Origin: Chrysemys picta bellii
Taxonomy: Eukaryota
NCBI RefSeq assembly: GCF_011386835.1
Contig: NC_088797.1
Location: forward strand, 40,610,001 to 40,674,000
Direction: 5' to 3'
DNA length: 64,000 bases
The notes under the pieces: model-generated
The model's database searches: none
What the model was told of the DNA's origin: nothing
What the model saw: only the letters and a program-made list of their open reading frames with translations
In this document: one piece after another, positions 35,799 to 47,275 of the stretch
Layout: each line of letters opens with the position of its first letter
Position numbering within the stretch: position 1 is the first letter of the stretch
Program-made: the position numbers and the translations under genes

Positions 35799-38780
35799 TT
35801 CATAGATTCATAGATTCTAGGACTGGAAGGGACCTCGAGAGGTCATCGAGTCCAGTCCCCTGCCTGCATAGCAGGACCAAATACTGTCTAGACCATCCCT
35901 GATAGACATTTATCTAACCTACTCTTAAATATCTCCAGAGATGGAGATTCCACAACCTCCCTAGGCAATTTATTTCAGTGTTTAACCACCCTGACAGTTA
36001 GGATCTTTTTCCTAATGTCCAACCTAGACCTCCCTTGCTGCAGTTTAAACCCATTGCTTCTTGTTCTATCCTTAGAGACTAAGGTGAACAAGTTTTCTCC
36101 CTCCTCCTTATGACACCCTTTTAAATACCTGAAAACTGCTATCATGTCCCCTCTCAGTCTTCTCTTTTCCAAACTAAACAAACCCAATTCTTTCAGCCTT
36201 CCTTCATAGGTCATGTTCTCAAGACCTTTAATCATTCTTGTTGCTCTTCTCTGGACCCTTTCCAATTTCTCCACATCTTTTTTAAAATGCGGCGCCCAGA
36301 ACTGGACACAATACTCCAGCTGAGGCCTAACCAGAGCAGAGTAGAGCGGAAGAATGTCTTGCTCACAACACACCTGTTAATACATCCCAGAATCACATTT
36401 GTTTTTTTTGCAACAGCATCACACTGTTGACTCATATTTAGCTTGTGGTCCACTATAACCCCTAGATCCCTTTCTGCCGTACTCCTTCCTAGACAGTCTC
36501 TTCCCATTCTGTATGTGTGAAACTGATTTTTTCTTCCTAAGTGGAGCACTTTGCATTTGTCTTTGTTAAACTTCATCCTGTTTAACTCAGACCATTTCTC
36601 CAATTTGTCCAGATCATTTTGAATTATGACCCTGTCCTCCAAAGCAGTTGCAATCCCTCCCAGTTTGGTATCATCTGCAAACTTAATAAGCGTACTTTCT
36701 ATGCCAATATCTAAGTCGTTGATGAAGATATTGAACAGAGCCGGTCCCAAAACAGACCCCTGCGGTACCCCACTTGTTATGCCTTTCCAGCAGGATTGGG
36801 AACCATTAATAACAACTCTCCGAGTACGGTTATCCAGCCAGTTATGCACCCACCTTATAATAGCCCCATCTAAATTGTATTTGCCTAGTTTATCGATAAG
36901 AATATCATGCGAGACCGTACCAAATGCCTTACTAAAGTCTAGGTATACCACATCCACAGCTTCACCCTTATCCACAAGGCTCGTTATCCTATCAAAGAAA
37001 GCTATCAGATTGGTTTGACATGATTTGTTCTTCACAAATCCATGCTGGCTGTTCCCTATCACCTTACCACCTTCCAAGTGTTTGCAGATGATTTCCTTAA
37101 TTACTTGCTCCATTATCTTCCCTGACACAGAAGTTAAACTAACTGGTCTGTAGTTTCCTGGGTTGTTTTTATTTCCCTTTTTATAGATGGGCACTATATT
37201 TGCCCTTTTCCAGTCTTCTGGAATCTCTCCCGTCTCCCATGATTTTCCAAAGATAATAGCTAGAGGCTCAGACACCTCCTCTATTAGCTCCTTGAGTATT
37301 CTAGGATGCATTTCATCAGGCCCTGGTGACTTGCAGGCATCTAACTTTTCTAAGTGATTTTTAACTTGTTCTTTTTTTATTTTATCTGCTAAACCTACCC
37401 CCTTCCCATTAGCATTCACTACGTTAGGCATTCCTTCAGACTTCTCAGTGAAGACCGAAACAAAGAAGTCATTAAGCATCTCTGCCATTTCCAAGTTTCC
37501 TGATACTGTTTCTCCCTCTTCACTAAGCAGTGGGCCTACCCTGTCTTTGGTCTTCCTCTTGCTTCTAATGTATTGATAAAAAGTCTTCTTGTTTCCCTTT
37601 ATTCCTGTAGCTAGTTTGAGCTCATTTTGTGCCTTTGCTTTTCTAATCTTGCCCCTGCATTCCTGTGTTGTTTGCCTATATTCATCCTTTGTAATCTGTC
37701 CTAGTTTCCATTTTTTATATGACTCCTTTTTATTTTTTAGATCATGCAAGATCTCGTGGTCTTTTGCCACATTTTCTATCTTTCCTAACCAGCGGAATAG
37801 CTTGCTTTTGGGCCCTTAATAGTGTCCCTTTGAAAAACTGCCAACTCTCCTCAGTTGTTTTTCCCCTCAGTCTTGATTCCCATGGGACCTTACCTATCAG
37901 CTCTCTGAGCTTACCAAAATCTGCCTTCCTGAAATCCATTGTCTCTATTTTGCTGTTCTCCCTTCTACCCTTCCTTAGAATTGCAAACTCTATGATTTCA
38001 TGATCACTTTCACCCAGGCTGCCTTCTACTTTCAAATTCTCAACGAGTTCCTCCATATTTGTTAAAATCAAGTCTAGAACAGCTTCCCCCTAGTAGCTTT
38101 TTCAACCTTCTGAAATAAAAAGTTGTCTGCAACGCAGTCCAAGAATTTGTTGGATAGTCTGTGTCCCGCTGTGTTATTTTCCCAACATATATCCGGATAG
38201 TTGAAGTCCCCCATCACCACCAAATCTTGGGCTTTGGATGATTTTGTTAGTTGCTTAAAAAAAGCCTCATCCACCTCTTCCACCTGGTTAGGTGGCCTGT
38301 AGTAGACTCCTAGCATGACATCTCCCTTGTTTTTTACCCCTTTTAGCCTAACCCAGAGACTCTCAACACTTCCGTCTCCTATGTCCATCTCTACCTCAGT
38401 CCAAGTGTGTACATTTTTAATATATAAGGCAACACCTCCTCCCTTTTTCCCCTGTCTATCCTTCCTGAGCAAGCTGTACCCATCCACACCAACATTCCAA
38501 TCATGTGTATTATCCCACCAAGTTTCAGTGATGCCAACAATGTCATAGTTGTATTTATTTATTAGCACTTCCAGTTCTTCCTGCTTATTCCCCATACTTC
38601 TCGCATTTGTATATAGGCATCTAAGATACTGGTTTGATCTTTCCTCCCAGTTTTGTCCTGACCCTCCTTTCTCTCTGCCAATATAGCCCGCACTCCCTCT
38701 CGTTTCCAGCCCATCTCCCAGGTCTCCATGTTCCCCACTTACCTGTGGGCTTTGCTCACCTGTCCCTGTCGAACCTAGTT
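35799..38780 (-). mobile_element. CR1 LINE (PsCR1-like), 5'-truncated, whole ORF2 present but frameshifted
   Basis: APE endonuclease ([26 protein letters not shown]) and RT ([23 protein letters not shown]) motifs across ORFs 38074-39012, 37742-38071, 36232-37770 and 35975-36373; 3' tail (AATCTATG)n. Confidence 0.97.
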
Positions 38781-39347
38781 TCACCACAGTTCCACTGGAT
38801 GATGTTTCTGAAAACACCCCCCCACACACACACTTAATCCAAAAGAAACCACCCCCTTTAGGGTGGGAGGACATGTGAGCACAAAGAACAGGTATAACTG
38901 AGCACCATGCAGTACAGCTGGAAGAAACAAGGAAAGAAGCCCAGGAAGGCCAACAAGAGAGGGCATTCAAGTCAGTACCAACATAGGAGGGTAAAGCATA
39001 GCCTCCAGCCAAGCTAGAATCAGAGTGCCTTGGTCATGTCATTATCACACAATGCAGCGAAGTAGCACAACAGCCAGAGCAACACCTTTATTATCTCTTT
39101 AGCACCTGATCCTGAGAGACGCTGAGTACTCACAAATCCCATTGAACTCAACAGGATTTGAGGGTGCCCAGCACCTTTCAGCACCTAGCTTTTAGTGTGG
39201 CAGGTAATGGCAGCTACTGCAGGAATCAGCAGCAGTGCCCAAAATGACAACCCTGTTGCAGGAGCCATACCAGCCACAGAGTAATAAAGAATGCCAGGGC
39301 CCCTTACACCTTCCAAGAAAAGAGCAATTCCTAACAGCAGGGTAATA

Positions 39348-39535
39348 CACCTCTACCCCGATATAATGCGACCCAATATAACACGAATTCGGCTATAACG
39401 TGGTAAAGCAGCACTCCGGTGGGGCAGTGCTGCGCTCTCCGGCAGATCAAAGCAAGTTCGATATAACGCGGTTTCACCTATAACGCGGTAAGATTTTTTG
39501 GCTCCCGAGCACAGCATTATATCGGGGTAGAGGTG
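39348..39535. mobile_element. TcMar-Tigger-type MITE
   Basis: TIRs CACCTCTACCCCGATATAATGC / GCATTATATCGGGGTAGAGGTG, TA on both sides. Confidence 0.93.
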
Positions 39536-39643
39536 TATATATGTTCCTATGTAATGTTGGGTGAACAACAAGGGAAAGTCAGGTGACAGTCTCACAGCTT
39601 TAGCACCCAGGAAGACAAACCGAATGCCCACTCTTGACAGTCT

Positions 39644-39764
39644 AGAAGTGGGCTGTAGTCCACGAAAGCTTATGCTCTAATAAATTTGTTAGTCTCTAAG
39701 GTGCCACAAGTACTCCTGTTCTTCTTTTTGCGGTTACAGACTAACACGGCTGCTACTCTGAAAC
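39644..39764 (+). mobile_element. Penelope-like element terminal fragment truncated inside the hammerhead core
   Basis: agaagtgggctgtagtccacgaaagcttatgc...cagactaacacggctgctactctgaaac. Confidence 0.85.
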
Positions 39765-40560
39765 CAGAAAAAATTGTAAACACAATGGAATTGAAAAAAA
39801 ATCTGACCAATCAGAGTATGAAAAGTTACGTGTTGAGGTGAGCCATCAGGCCTTGGGCAGCAGCACAGACTGCTGTTATAGTATGCAGAATCAAAAACAA
39901 AGTAAAAACCAACAAAGGTATCATTTTGGGTCCCTTCCAGTGCACAACTAGAAGCTGAATAAGTAGGTATTTCGGTCCCTTTGAAGGCTTGAGCTATCAG
40001 ACTCCAGGAAAAAAATAAAATGACCTATGAATTTTCTATAATCTTTAGTCACAAAATCATAATCAAATGTACAAATGGACTGAGCTGAAAAAAAAAGGCC
40101 TGTAACAGCCTCCACTTTGCCAGTGGAAGCCTGCAGCTGACAGATGAGACACAAAGACTCATTCCCATTCTAAGTTTTGTCTATTAAAGAAATTTGGGTT
40201 GCATTTCTTTCATGCTTAGCAACGTGCAACAATAGACCCACATGGTTGAGTGTCCTTACAATAACCAATGCTGGATACTTCGGAGGAAAGAGTAAAAGCC
40301 CCATAAATGAAACCAATAGTGCAGTAATGTATCTGACCCCAGCTGATGATTAGTCTAACTTCTAAACTTCATTGATAGCCCTTTTAATTTTTATCCTGTT
40401 TTCCATGTTCACTAATTATGAATCCTTATTTGAAACCTTTTGTCTCCATAATATCCAGTGACTGTAAGGATTTCCCACACTAATGCCTCTGCCATATCTA
40501 CTTTTTTCTTCATTCCAAACTGAAAAGTCCTAGTCTGTTTAGTCTCTCCCTGTATGGGGA

Positions 40561-41240
40561 GAAACTCAGAAGTTTCACCGCAAAAAGAAAACCACCTCCA
40601 TGAGAGGCGTATAGCTCTTACCGGTGATGGCTTTTGCGGTGATGTGCAAGTGAACACACGTTCTTCCTGTTTACAGAGCTTTTAGCATCCGTAGGATATC
40701 CCACAGTGCCTAGGTGACCACTCTGGCCAGCAGCTCTGATGCTCTGATGCCAGATAAACAGACCTCCACCCCTCCCCTGTAAAGCCCTGGGAACTTTGAA
40801 ACTCCCCTTTCTGTTTTCTTGGCAAGTGCTCACTTGTCACCTGGCCAGGTGACAATGCCTGCTTCACAGAGCAAATGATTCCCTGCCCCTGGAGCAATGC
40901 TGAGCTACTGGAGCTGATCAGTGTTTGGGGAGAGGAGGCTGTGCAGGGACCCAGGATGCCCCACAATCACCCTTCTTCCCACAAGACCTATCGTCAAAAT
41001 GGAGAGAGCTGCACTGTGGGATAGCTGCCCTCAGTGACATGGAAGTGCTGCAAATGTAAACATACTCTGATGCCTGTGGAAGTGAGTGATACACAAACCA
41101 GCACTTTTCTTTCACCGGTTCACTATCACCGTTGAAACTGATGGCGCAAAAACTCTGCAAGAACACTACTGCGGTAAGTGGACCTGCGCTATGCAACTCC
41201 AACTATGTGAATAACGTAGCTGGAGTCGATGTACCTTAGG
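40561..41240. mobile_element. PIF/Harbinger-derived non-autonomous element with Myb/SANT-like remnant
   Basis: 40890-40946 (+) translates to WSNAELLELISVWGEEAVQ, typical of Harbinger Myb/SANT-like ORFs. Confidence 0.7.
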
Positions 41241-41249
41241 TTGAGTTAC

Positions 41250-41448
41250 TGCGGGGTCTACACCATGGGGATTCGATGGGAGAAACTCTTCCATCAACTT
41301 ACCTTACTCTTCTCGTTGGGGGTAGAGTACAGAGGTAAACTGGAAAGCAATCTGCTGTCGATTTAGCGGGTCTTCACAAGACCCGCTAAATCGACTGCTG
41401 GTGGATTGATCTCACAGCGTCGATCCCAGCTGTAATGTAGATGTAGCC
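41250..41448. mobile_element. Harbinger MITE
   Basis: Right TIR tgtagatgtagcc followed by TTA; central perfect palindrome GTCGATTTAGCGGGTCTT-cac-AAGACCCGCTAAATCGAC (41357-41395). Confidence 0.75.
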
Positions 41449-42699
41449 TTAGACTTAAACTCCTTTAAACATACCCCTCTGCTGAACACTGTGATGGAAT
41501 ACACAAGCCAGAGCCAAGCTGAAGGTGAATAACACTGGTTCTACTAATGGGAGGAGGAGGAGGCGGTGACCAAAGTGGCACTTTGGGAGCAATAATCCTC
41601 ACCAATCTGCATGGCAGGACCCATGCAGGGAGATCAGAATGACCTCGGAAAGACTCACCCTACAGATGAAAAAGAAACATTAAGCCTTGAATTTTGACAT
41701 TACCAATGTCTCTATTAACAATTTTTGACACAATGAACCACATTAATCTCTGCTGTAACTCCACGAAAGTCAATGGAGACACATCAAGTATCCACCTGGC
41801 CTCTTTGTGCTTTGAAGATATTGATAGACAGCAGGAAGATAAAAGAAGTCATAAGTAGATGAAAGGAAAGGATGCCTAGCAGGCCTGTTTGTTTCTTGTT
41901 TAGTTCAGTAACACTTATTTGAACTTACCACTCAAAGAAAGAGAGAGAAGAGGGTTGTTGTAATGCTGAGCTGCCCTGCAGTAGTGGATGCTGTGTTTGA
42001 AATGGTACTGGTAAGTGAGGAGATGTTTACACTGTAGCAGGATGCTGTTTATACCATGGCAGGATGGTGGGGATGCTGTTTTTATAGTGGCGGGATGCTG
42101 CCTTTGTAGTGGTGTGACACTCTTGGTAACAGGCGCAAGCTGAGATTTGGCACCAGCTGAGACATCCCAGCTGCCAAGTGGTTTTGTTGTTGTTCTGATT
42201 CTTTGCAGGGAGGCACGGAGGGAGAAAGCCTAAACTTTTGTTCTGGTGACATATCTTGCATTTCATGTTGTTTTGTTTTATGTTTAACAAATTGCTGGCA
42301 TCTGGAGTCACAGCAGTCCTTGGCCCTGGAGTGATGTTTCCATCAGTGCTCCTCTTTCTCTTTGCATAATAATACCAGATCCAACTTCTCCATCCCTAAA
42401 TGCTGTGTCTTACCGTCATAAACTGTGATTACTTTATGTCCTAGCCAGTGCTCTGCTTCTTTAATTTATTTTGCCATATGTATGATATATAGACCAGTTA
42501 TTCTACTAGGGTTCTATCACTTCAGGGGCTTTGTTTCAGTTTTGTCTTCAAAAGTATGTGACCGGAGAGTTCAAAAGCACAGAAGGAAGACATCCACTTT
42601 GCCCATGTTGAGTCATTATATTGCCACATAGCACTCGCCAAGCTTGAGCCATTCTGTACCATTCACTATATCAAGACATATGATGGCCTTTTCTAGGTA

Positions 42700-42890
42700 C
42701 TCATCAGTACAGTAACCTCTGTGAGCTATGAAAATATTATCCATATTGAACAGATGGGGGAAACTGAGGCAAAGAGTGATTAAGAGACACGCCCAAGGTC
42801 AGTCAGAACAACTGTGGCAGAGGTAGGAATTGAATATAAGTTTCCCGAGTCCCAGTTCACTGTCTTACTCACAAGACCATCCATCTGTCC
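42700..42890 (-). mobile_element. MIR-like CORE-SINE
   Basis: cagatgggggaaactgaggc...gcccaaggtca...gtggcagag...gagtcccag matches the MIR core. Confidence 0.8.
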
Positions 42891-44379
42891 CCACTAGCAT
42901 CAACTCACACTGAGTTCTTTTACTTGATCCACTATGACATTAAAGGCAGAATCATCACTTAGTAACATGAGCCCACTAACACCTAGCTATGTACTCATCC
43001 TCTTTATTTTCTCATCTATCTGGTTCAAAACCTTCACACAGCAGAAATGACCACATCATTCATTTTAAAATAATGAGCTCCTCCGGTCAGATAGAGAGAT
43101 GCATGTGTATTTTCAGAATGTAATTAACATTTTTAGTATCATGGAATTAGATTTAAAAAGACAGAAAACTATTTATTACATTTACATTGTTTAGAGCCAG
43201 AGAGTTGGCTGCAAACTATAAGTGCTGGGCACAGCTGGGAAGGGAGAACAAGGAAACCTCTTTGTCTCCCCACTCCCAGAACCCTTTTTATGCAAAACTG
43301 GCCTTGGCAAAGTATAGCATGGCCTTAGTGGCACTGTAAATTATGCTGGCTGATAAGGCCCACAGTTGCTGTTCTGGTAGTCAGGGATTGCCCTGGCTAT
43401 TCCCCCTTTCTCCCATCCATGCTGAGGGTAAGTTGGAGGCGGTGTAGGAGCTTCTTTGGTGACCATGTGCCACTGGAGACTCCCCTTAACGGGTAGCATC
43501 CTCCACTGGCCAGATCTTCTGGGCTCAAGTGTTCTTTGTGCCAATAGACCTGCCCATTGCAGACAAAACAGACCTGAGACCCAGGCCAATAACCACCAGA
43601 AAGTGAATGTATCCTTCTCCTGACACCTATTGTACCTAGTCCCAGAGAGTGTCAAAGCACTGGGGCTGATTCAAAACAGAGGCTAACTAAGCAAAGTAAT
43701 GATTTTTTAATTTCACTAAGAACATGTAAAATACAGGCCCTTTGAGCTAAATTCTCCTTGCAGCTGACCTGGTGCAATGGAGAGAAGGATTTGGCCCTTA
43801 GTATGAAGGGAAGGTATTAGTTCTGCCCATTAATTCCTTTGGAAAGAAGAACTCATCAGACCTTTCACATTGACAAACTGATGCATGACAACTTTCTGCC
43901 TTTAGCAGTTAGAGTTGGGTTTTAATAAGGAAATCCAGCACTTTGCTTTTTCTTCATTTTAATAGCAGGTATTAATTTCAGCTTGAGGGATTGGGGTGTA
44001 TGTGCAGTATTTACAGTGCATAGTAAATCAAATCTGTTCTAAATATGAGACAAAGAGGTGGAGCTTAGCTACTACTGTCCCCAGTTTGGTACTGGTCGCA
44101 GAGACAGCTAATCCAGGCAGCTCCAACCAATGGAACATTTTCCAGTTTACTGAGAGATCAGGCAGCATGCACCACACCTAGATCCCATCAATTGCATTTG
44201 CAGGTGTAGTCTCCTAAAGGCACCGTCCACTACAGATATTTCCAAACCGAAAACTGTTCATGAAAGAGATTAAGCCACAGGACTTTGCTGCTTTTTACTC
44301 CATTTCCTCCCCTTTACATTTCACCTGTAATTCTGGATCAGCTCTTCAACTCGCCACCTGTCACTCTCAGTGATAGAAT

Positions 44380-44780
44380 TAGAGCTGTGTGAATAATGGA
44401 TTTTTCAGTTCACTAGCAATTCCAAATAAGAAATAAATAGAATTCATTTCAGGTCAACTCACAACCTAAATTTTCAAAATTTTTAGTGAGTCAAAAAGTA
44501 AAAAAAAAAAAACTTGTTCAGCAAAATGTTGTTTCTTTTTAAGTTTTCTAAAAAAAATAAAATTAGAGGTAATTTCAAAACAAAGGCCATTTTGAATCAA
44601 AAAGTTGAATTTTTTTTTGAAATGTTGAAATGAAATATTTTGACTCCTCCCACGCCTCGACCTCCTCAGAACTGGAACAATTTGCCAAAATTGACATAAA
44701 TTCAGAAAATGTTTTGAGGGATCCAAATCTGCACTTTTCATTAAAATAAAAGGCTTGGTTGTAAAATTTTGCCCAGCACA
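44380..44780. mobile_element. Old AT-rich MITE (TAGAGCTG terminus)
   Basis: Similar to the elements at 8.7, 30.4 and 56.6 kb. Confidence 0.55.
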
Positions 44781-44889
44781 ATTTACTGGCAGAAATGCTC
44801 GCAAAGTGAATTTCATACCAAAACATCTGAATGTTTCCTATATCAGGAAACAGATATAATACCATGAGATTTAGAATACTGGTTAAGTA

Positions 44890-45245
44890 GTAACTAGACC
44901 ATTGTCTACATGCTACAAGTATCTATATGGGAAGAACTTTCTGATAATGGAGGGCTCTGTAACACAGCAATGGCAAAGCAAGATTCAAAGACTGGGATCT
45001 AAAACTAAATGAAGTCATGCAAGAAATAAGATGCATTTTTTCTAACAGTGAGGGTAATTAACCATTGGAACAATATATCTAGCTCTGTGGCACATTTTCT
45101 GTAAACTGAAGTTTTTAAATTGAGACAGGATGTTTTTCTAAAAGATGTGCTCTAGTTCAGATAGAAGTTATGGGCTTGATGCAAGAATTCTGGTGTGAAT
45201 TTCTCTGGCCTGTTTATGCAGGACTTCAGACTGGAAGCACAATGG
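44890..45245 (+). mobile_element. Degenerate CR1 3' fragments
   Basis: tttttctaacagtgagggtaattaaccattggaacaat...ggatgtttttctaaaagatgtgctctag. Confidence 0.7.
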
Positions 45246-47109
45246 AGTCCTGGTCCATGATTAAGTGCCACAGTAATACAAATAAACCATCATAATGGTC
45301 CATACTGGTCATAAAATCTATTACTACAGTAATGTAACATAGCTCATTAGAATTTTCACACTCAATCCATAGAACAAAAGAAGTGAAAAAATATTTGTCA
45401 AATTCTGAGAACAAGAAATTGTGATCTGCTCATGGTTACTTCATCAGGAGAAAAAGAGGCTAAAAGAGTCAAACTGGTCACTGAACATTGATCACTTTGT
45501 TCAACTAGTTTTCCAAAAGCAGACAACGGTGCCTGAGGTTTGCCATTGTGTAATTTGAAAAGTGGGAGAGATACCTACACATAACAGCAATCGTATGTTC
45601 TGGTTGGGACAATTTTTATAGTATTGCAGTTCTGGGTTTTCATTGGGTTTTTGTATAGACTTGTTGGAAAAAAAACATCAACACATTTCTATAGCTTTGT
45701 GAAAACATGGAATATTTGGCATATTCATGACAAACTATATACTGGATTCCTCAAAAATTAAAGTTTTTTTTTAAGTGAAAAACTGCCATGTTGCCATGAA
45801 AAAGCTGCTGTGTCTTGACAATGACAATCCACCTTGAGGCAAATTCAGAGGAGTTCACTATTTTGTCCATGGTTTCACTGTCATCCTAATAAATAAGTTA
45901 ATAAATGCTAACAAATGTTTGCAAAGCAAAACTATTTGTTTTGCAAAGCGCTAGTGAAGTATGATCTCTCCATTCCCCCACCCTTCAAAATGAGATTCAG
46001 TTGAGTGAAAAGCTCCCCATTGCATTATGACAGCTAAACAGCTCCAATTGCATCAGGTCTATTCAATGATTCACATATATGCCACTCCAAAAATGGCAGA
46101 CACAGAAATTAACCCCTTCCCCTCCAAAACAAACAAACAAACAAAAATGGAAAATGCACCAGGGCCAATAGGGCACATTTTCAAACATGGCTTGTTTGTG
46201 TGACCATTTTTGTGCATTCATTTTGGCACCAATCTGTTCACAAAACATGGTCACCCATTTGTGCAAAATAGATGTGCGTCCACAAGGAGTTTTGTTCACA
46301 GAAACACAAACCGGGGCTGCAACTGTGGCCATAACTTTATCAAGTAAGTCTTAATACAGAATTTCCCCAAACTGGGTCTTTATAATTCATAACTGTTTTT
46401 TAAATTGCATCTCATAATGAATGCCTTGGGTTTGGGGTAGCAAGTCCTTTCTGGTTTCATCAGCTTATGAATGACAAGCATTTTTGCCAGAATACTGAAA
46501 TAGTGACAGATGGCAAGTAAATGAGGGATAAACTAACCTGCTAAATAATATGACATGAAATTTAGCGATTAAATTCCCATCTGGAATGCCTTTACACTTA
46601 GCTAGTCTTCGGGGGGTTGGGTCTGACTTTACACAATGTGCTGCACATTTCGGAGTCTGTAATGTGATTTCAAGCACTTGGCAATGGACTAAGGCACACA
46701 TGACTGCTCGCCTGATATTAGAACCTCAGGGACCACATAAGGTAGCAATTACATATCCTCACAGGGTGCTCATTGCTGTTGGGTTTTAGGCACTATTATT
46801 GCAGGAAGCTGAACAGCCATGCTGCCTAAGAGATGTCTCCTGAAGAATATTAACACTAGTATTATTCTTCCATCCTGATTCCAGCGTTTCATGGAGTTTC
46901 ACATCTTGATTACATTTTCATTTTCTGTAGGTGATTTAAATCTATTTTATGACTATCTTAAAACTACACAGGTTCTAGTTAGTTTTCTCATAAATCTGTA
47001 ATACAGCATATGAATGCTAATAAATCTAATAGACACAAAGATCGAATATGCACTGTGTTTTATAGCTTGTAAGAAGGTCAACGTCCAGTGCTGTTTATTT
47101 CAAGGAGAA

Positions 47110-47275
47110 GCAGCATTCTCTAGTGGTTAGGGCAGGTAACTGGATTCCTAGTTGGATTCCTTTCCTGACTCTGCCACAGAGTAACTCTATGACTGCAGAC
47201 ATGTCACTTGACCTCTCTGTGCCTCCATTCCCCTCCTCTAAAATGGCATTTATAAAATGCAGTTTTGTAAAGCAT
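47110..47275 (+). mobile_element. MIR-like CORE-SINE
   Basis: ctagtggttagggca...gtcacttgacctctctgtgcctccattcccc...taaaatgg. Confidence 0.65.

Noticed and set aside
38074-39012. 312-aa ORF as a host-CR1 endonuclease fusion gene
   Set aside because: The N-terminal part is simply flank read-through past the 5' truncation point (about 38780), and the ORF ends at a homopolymer frameshift.
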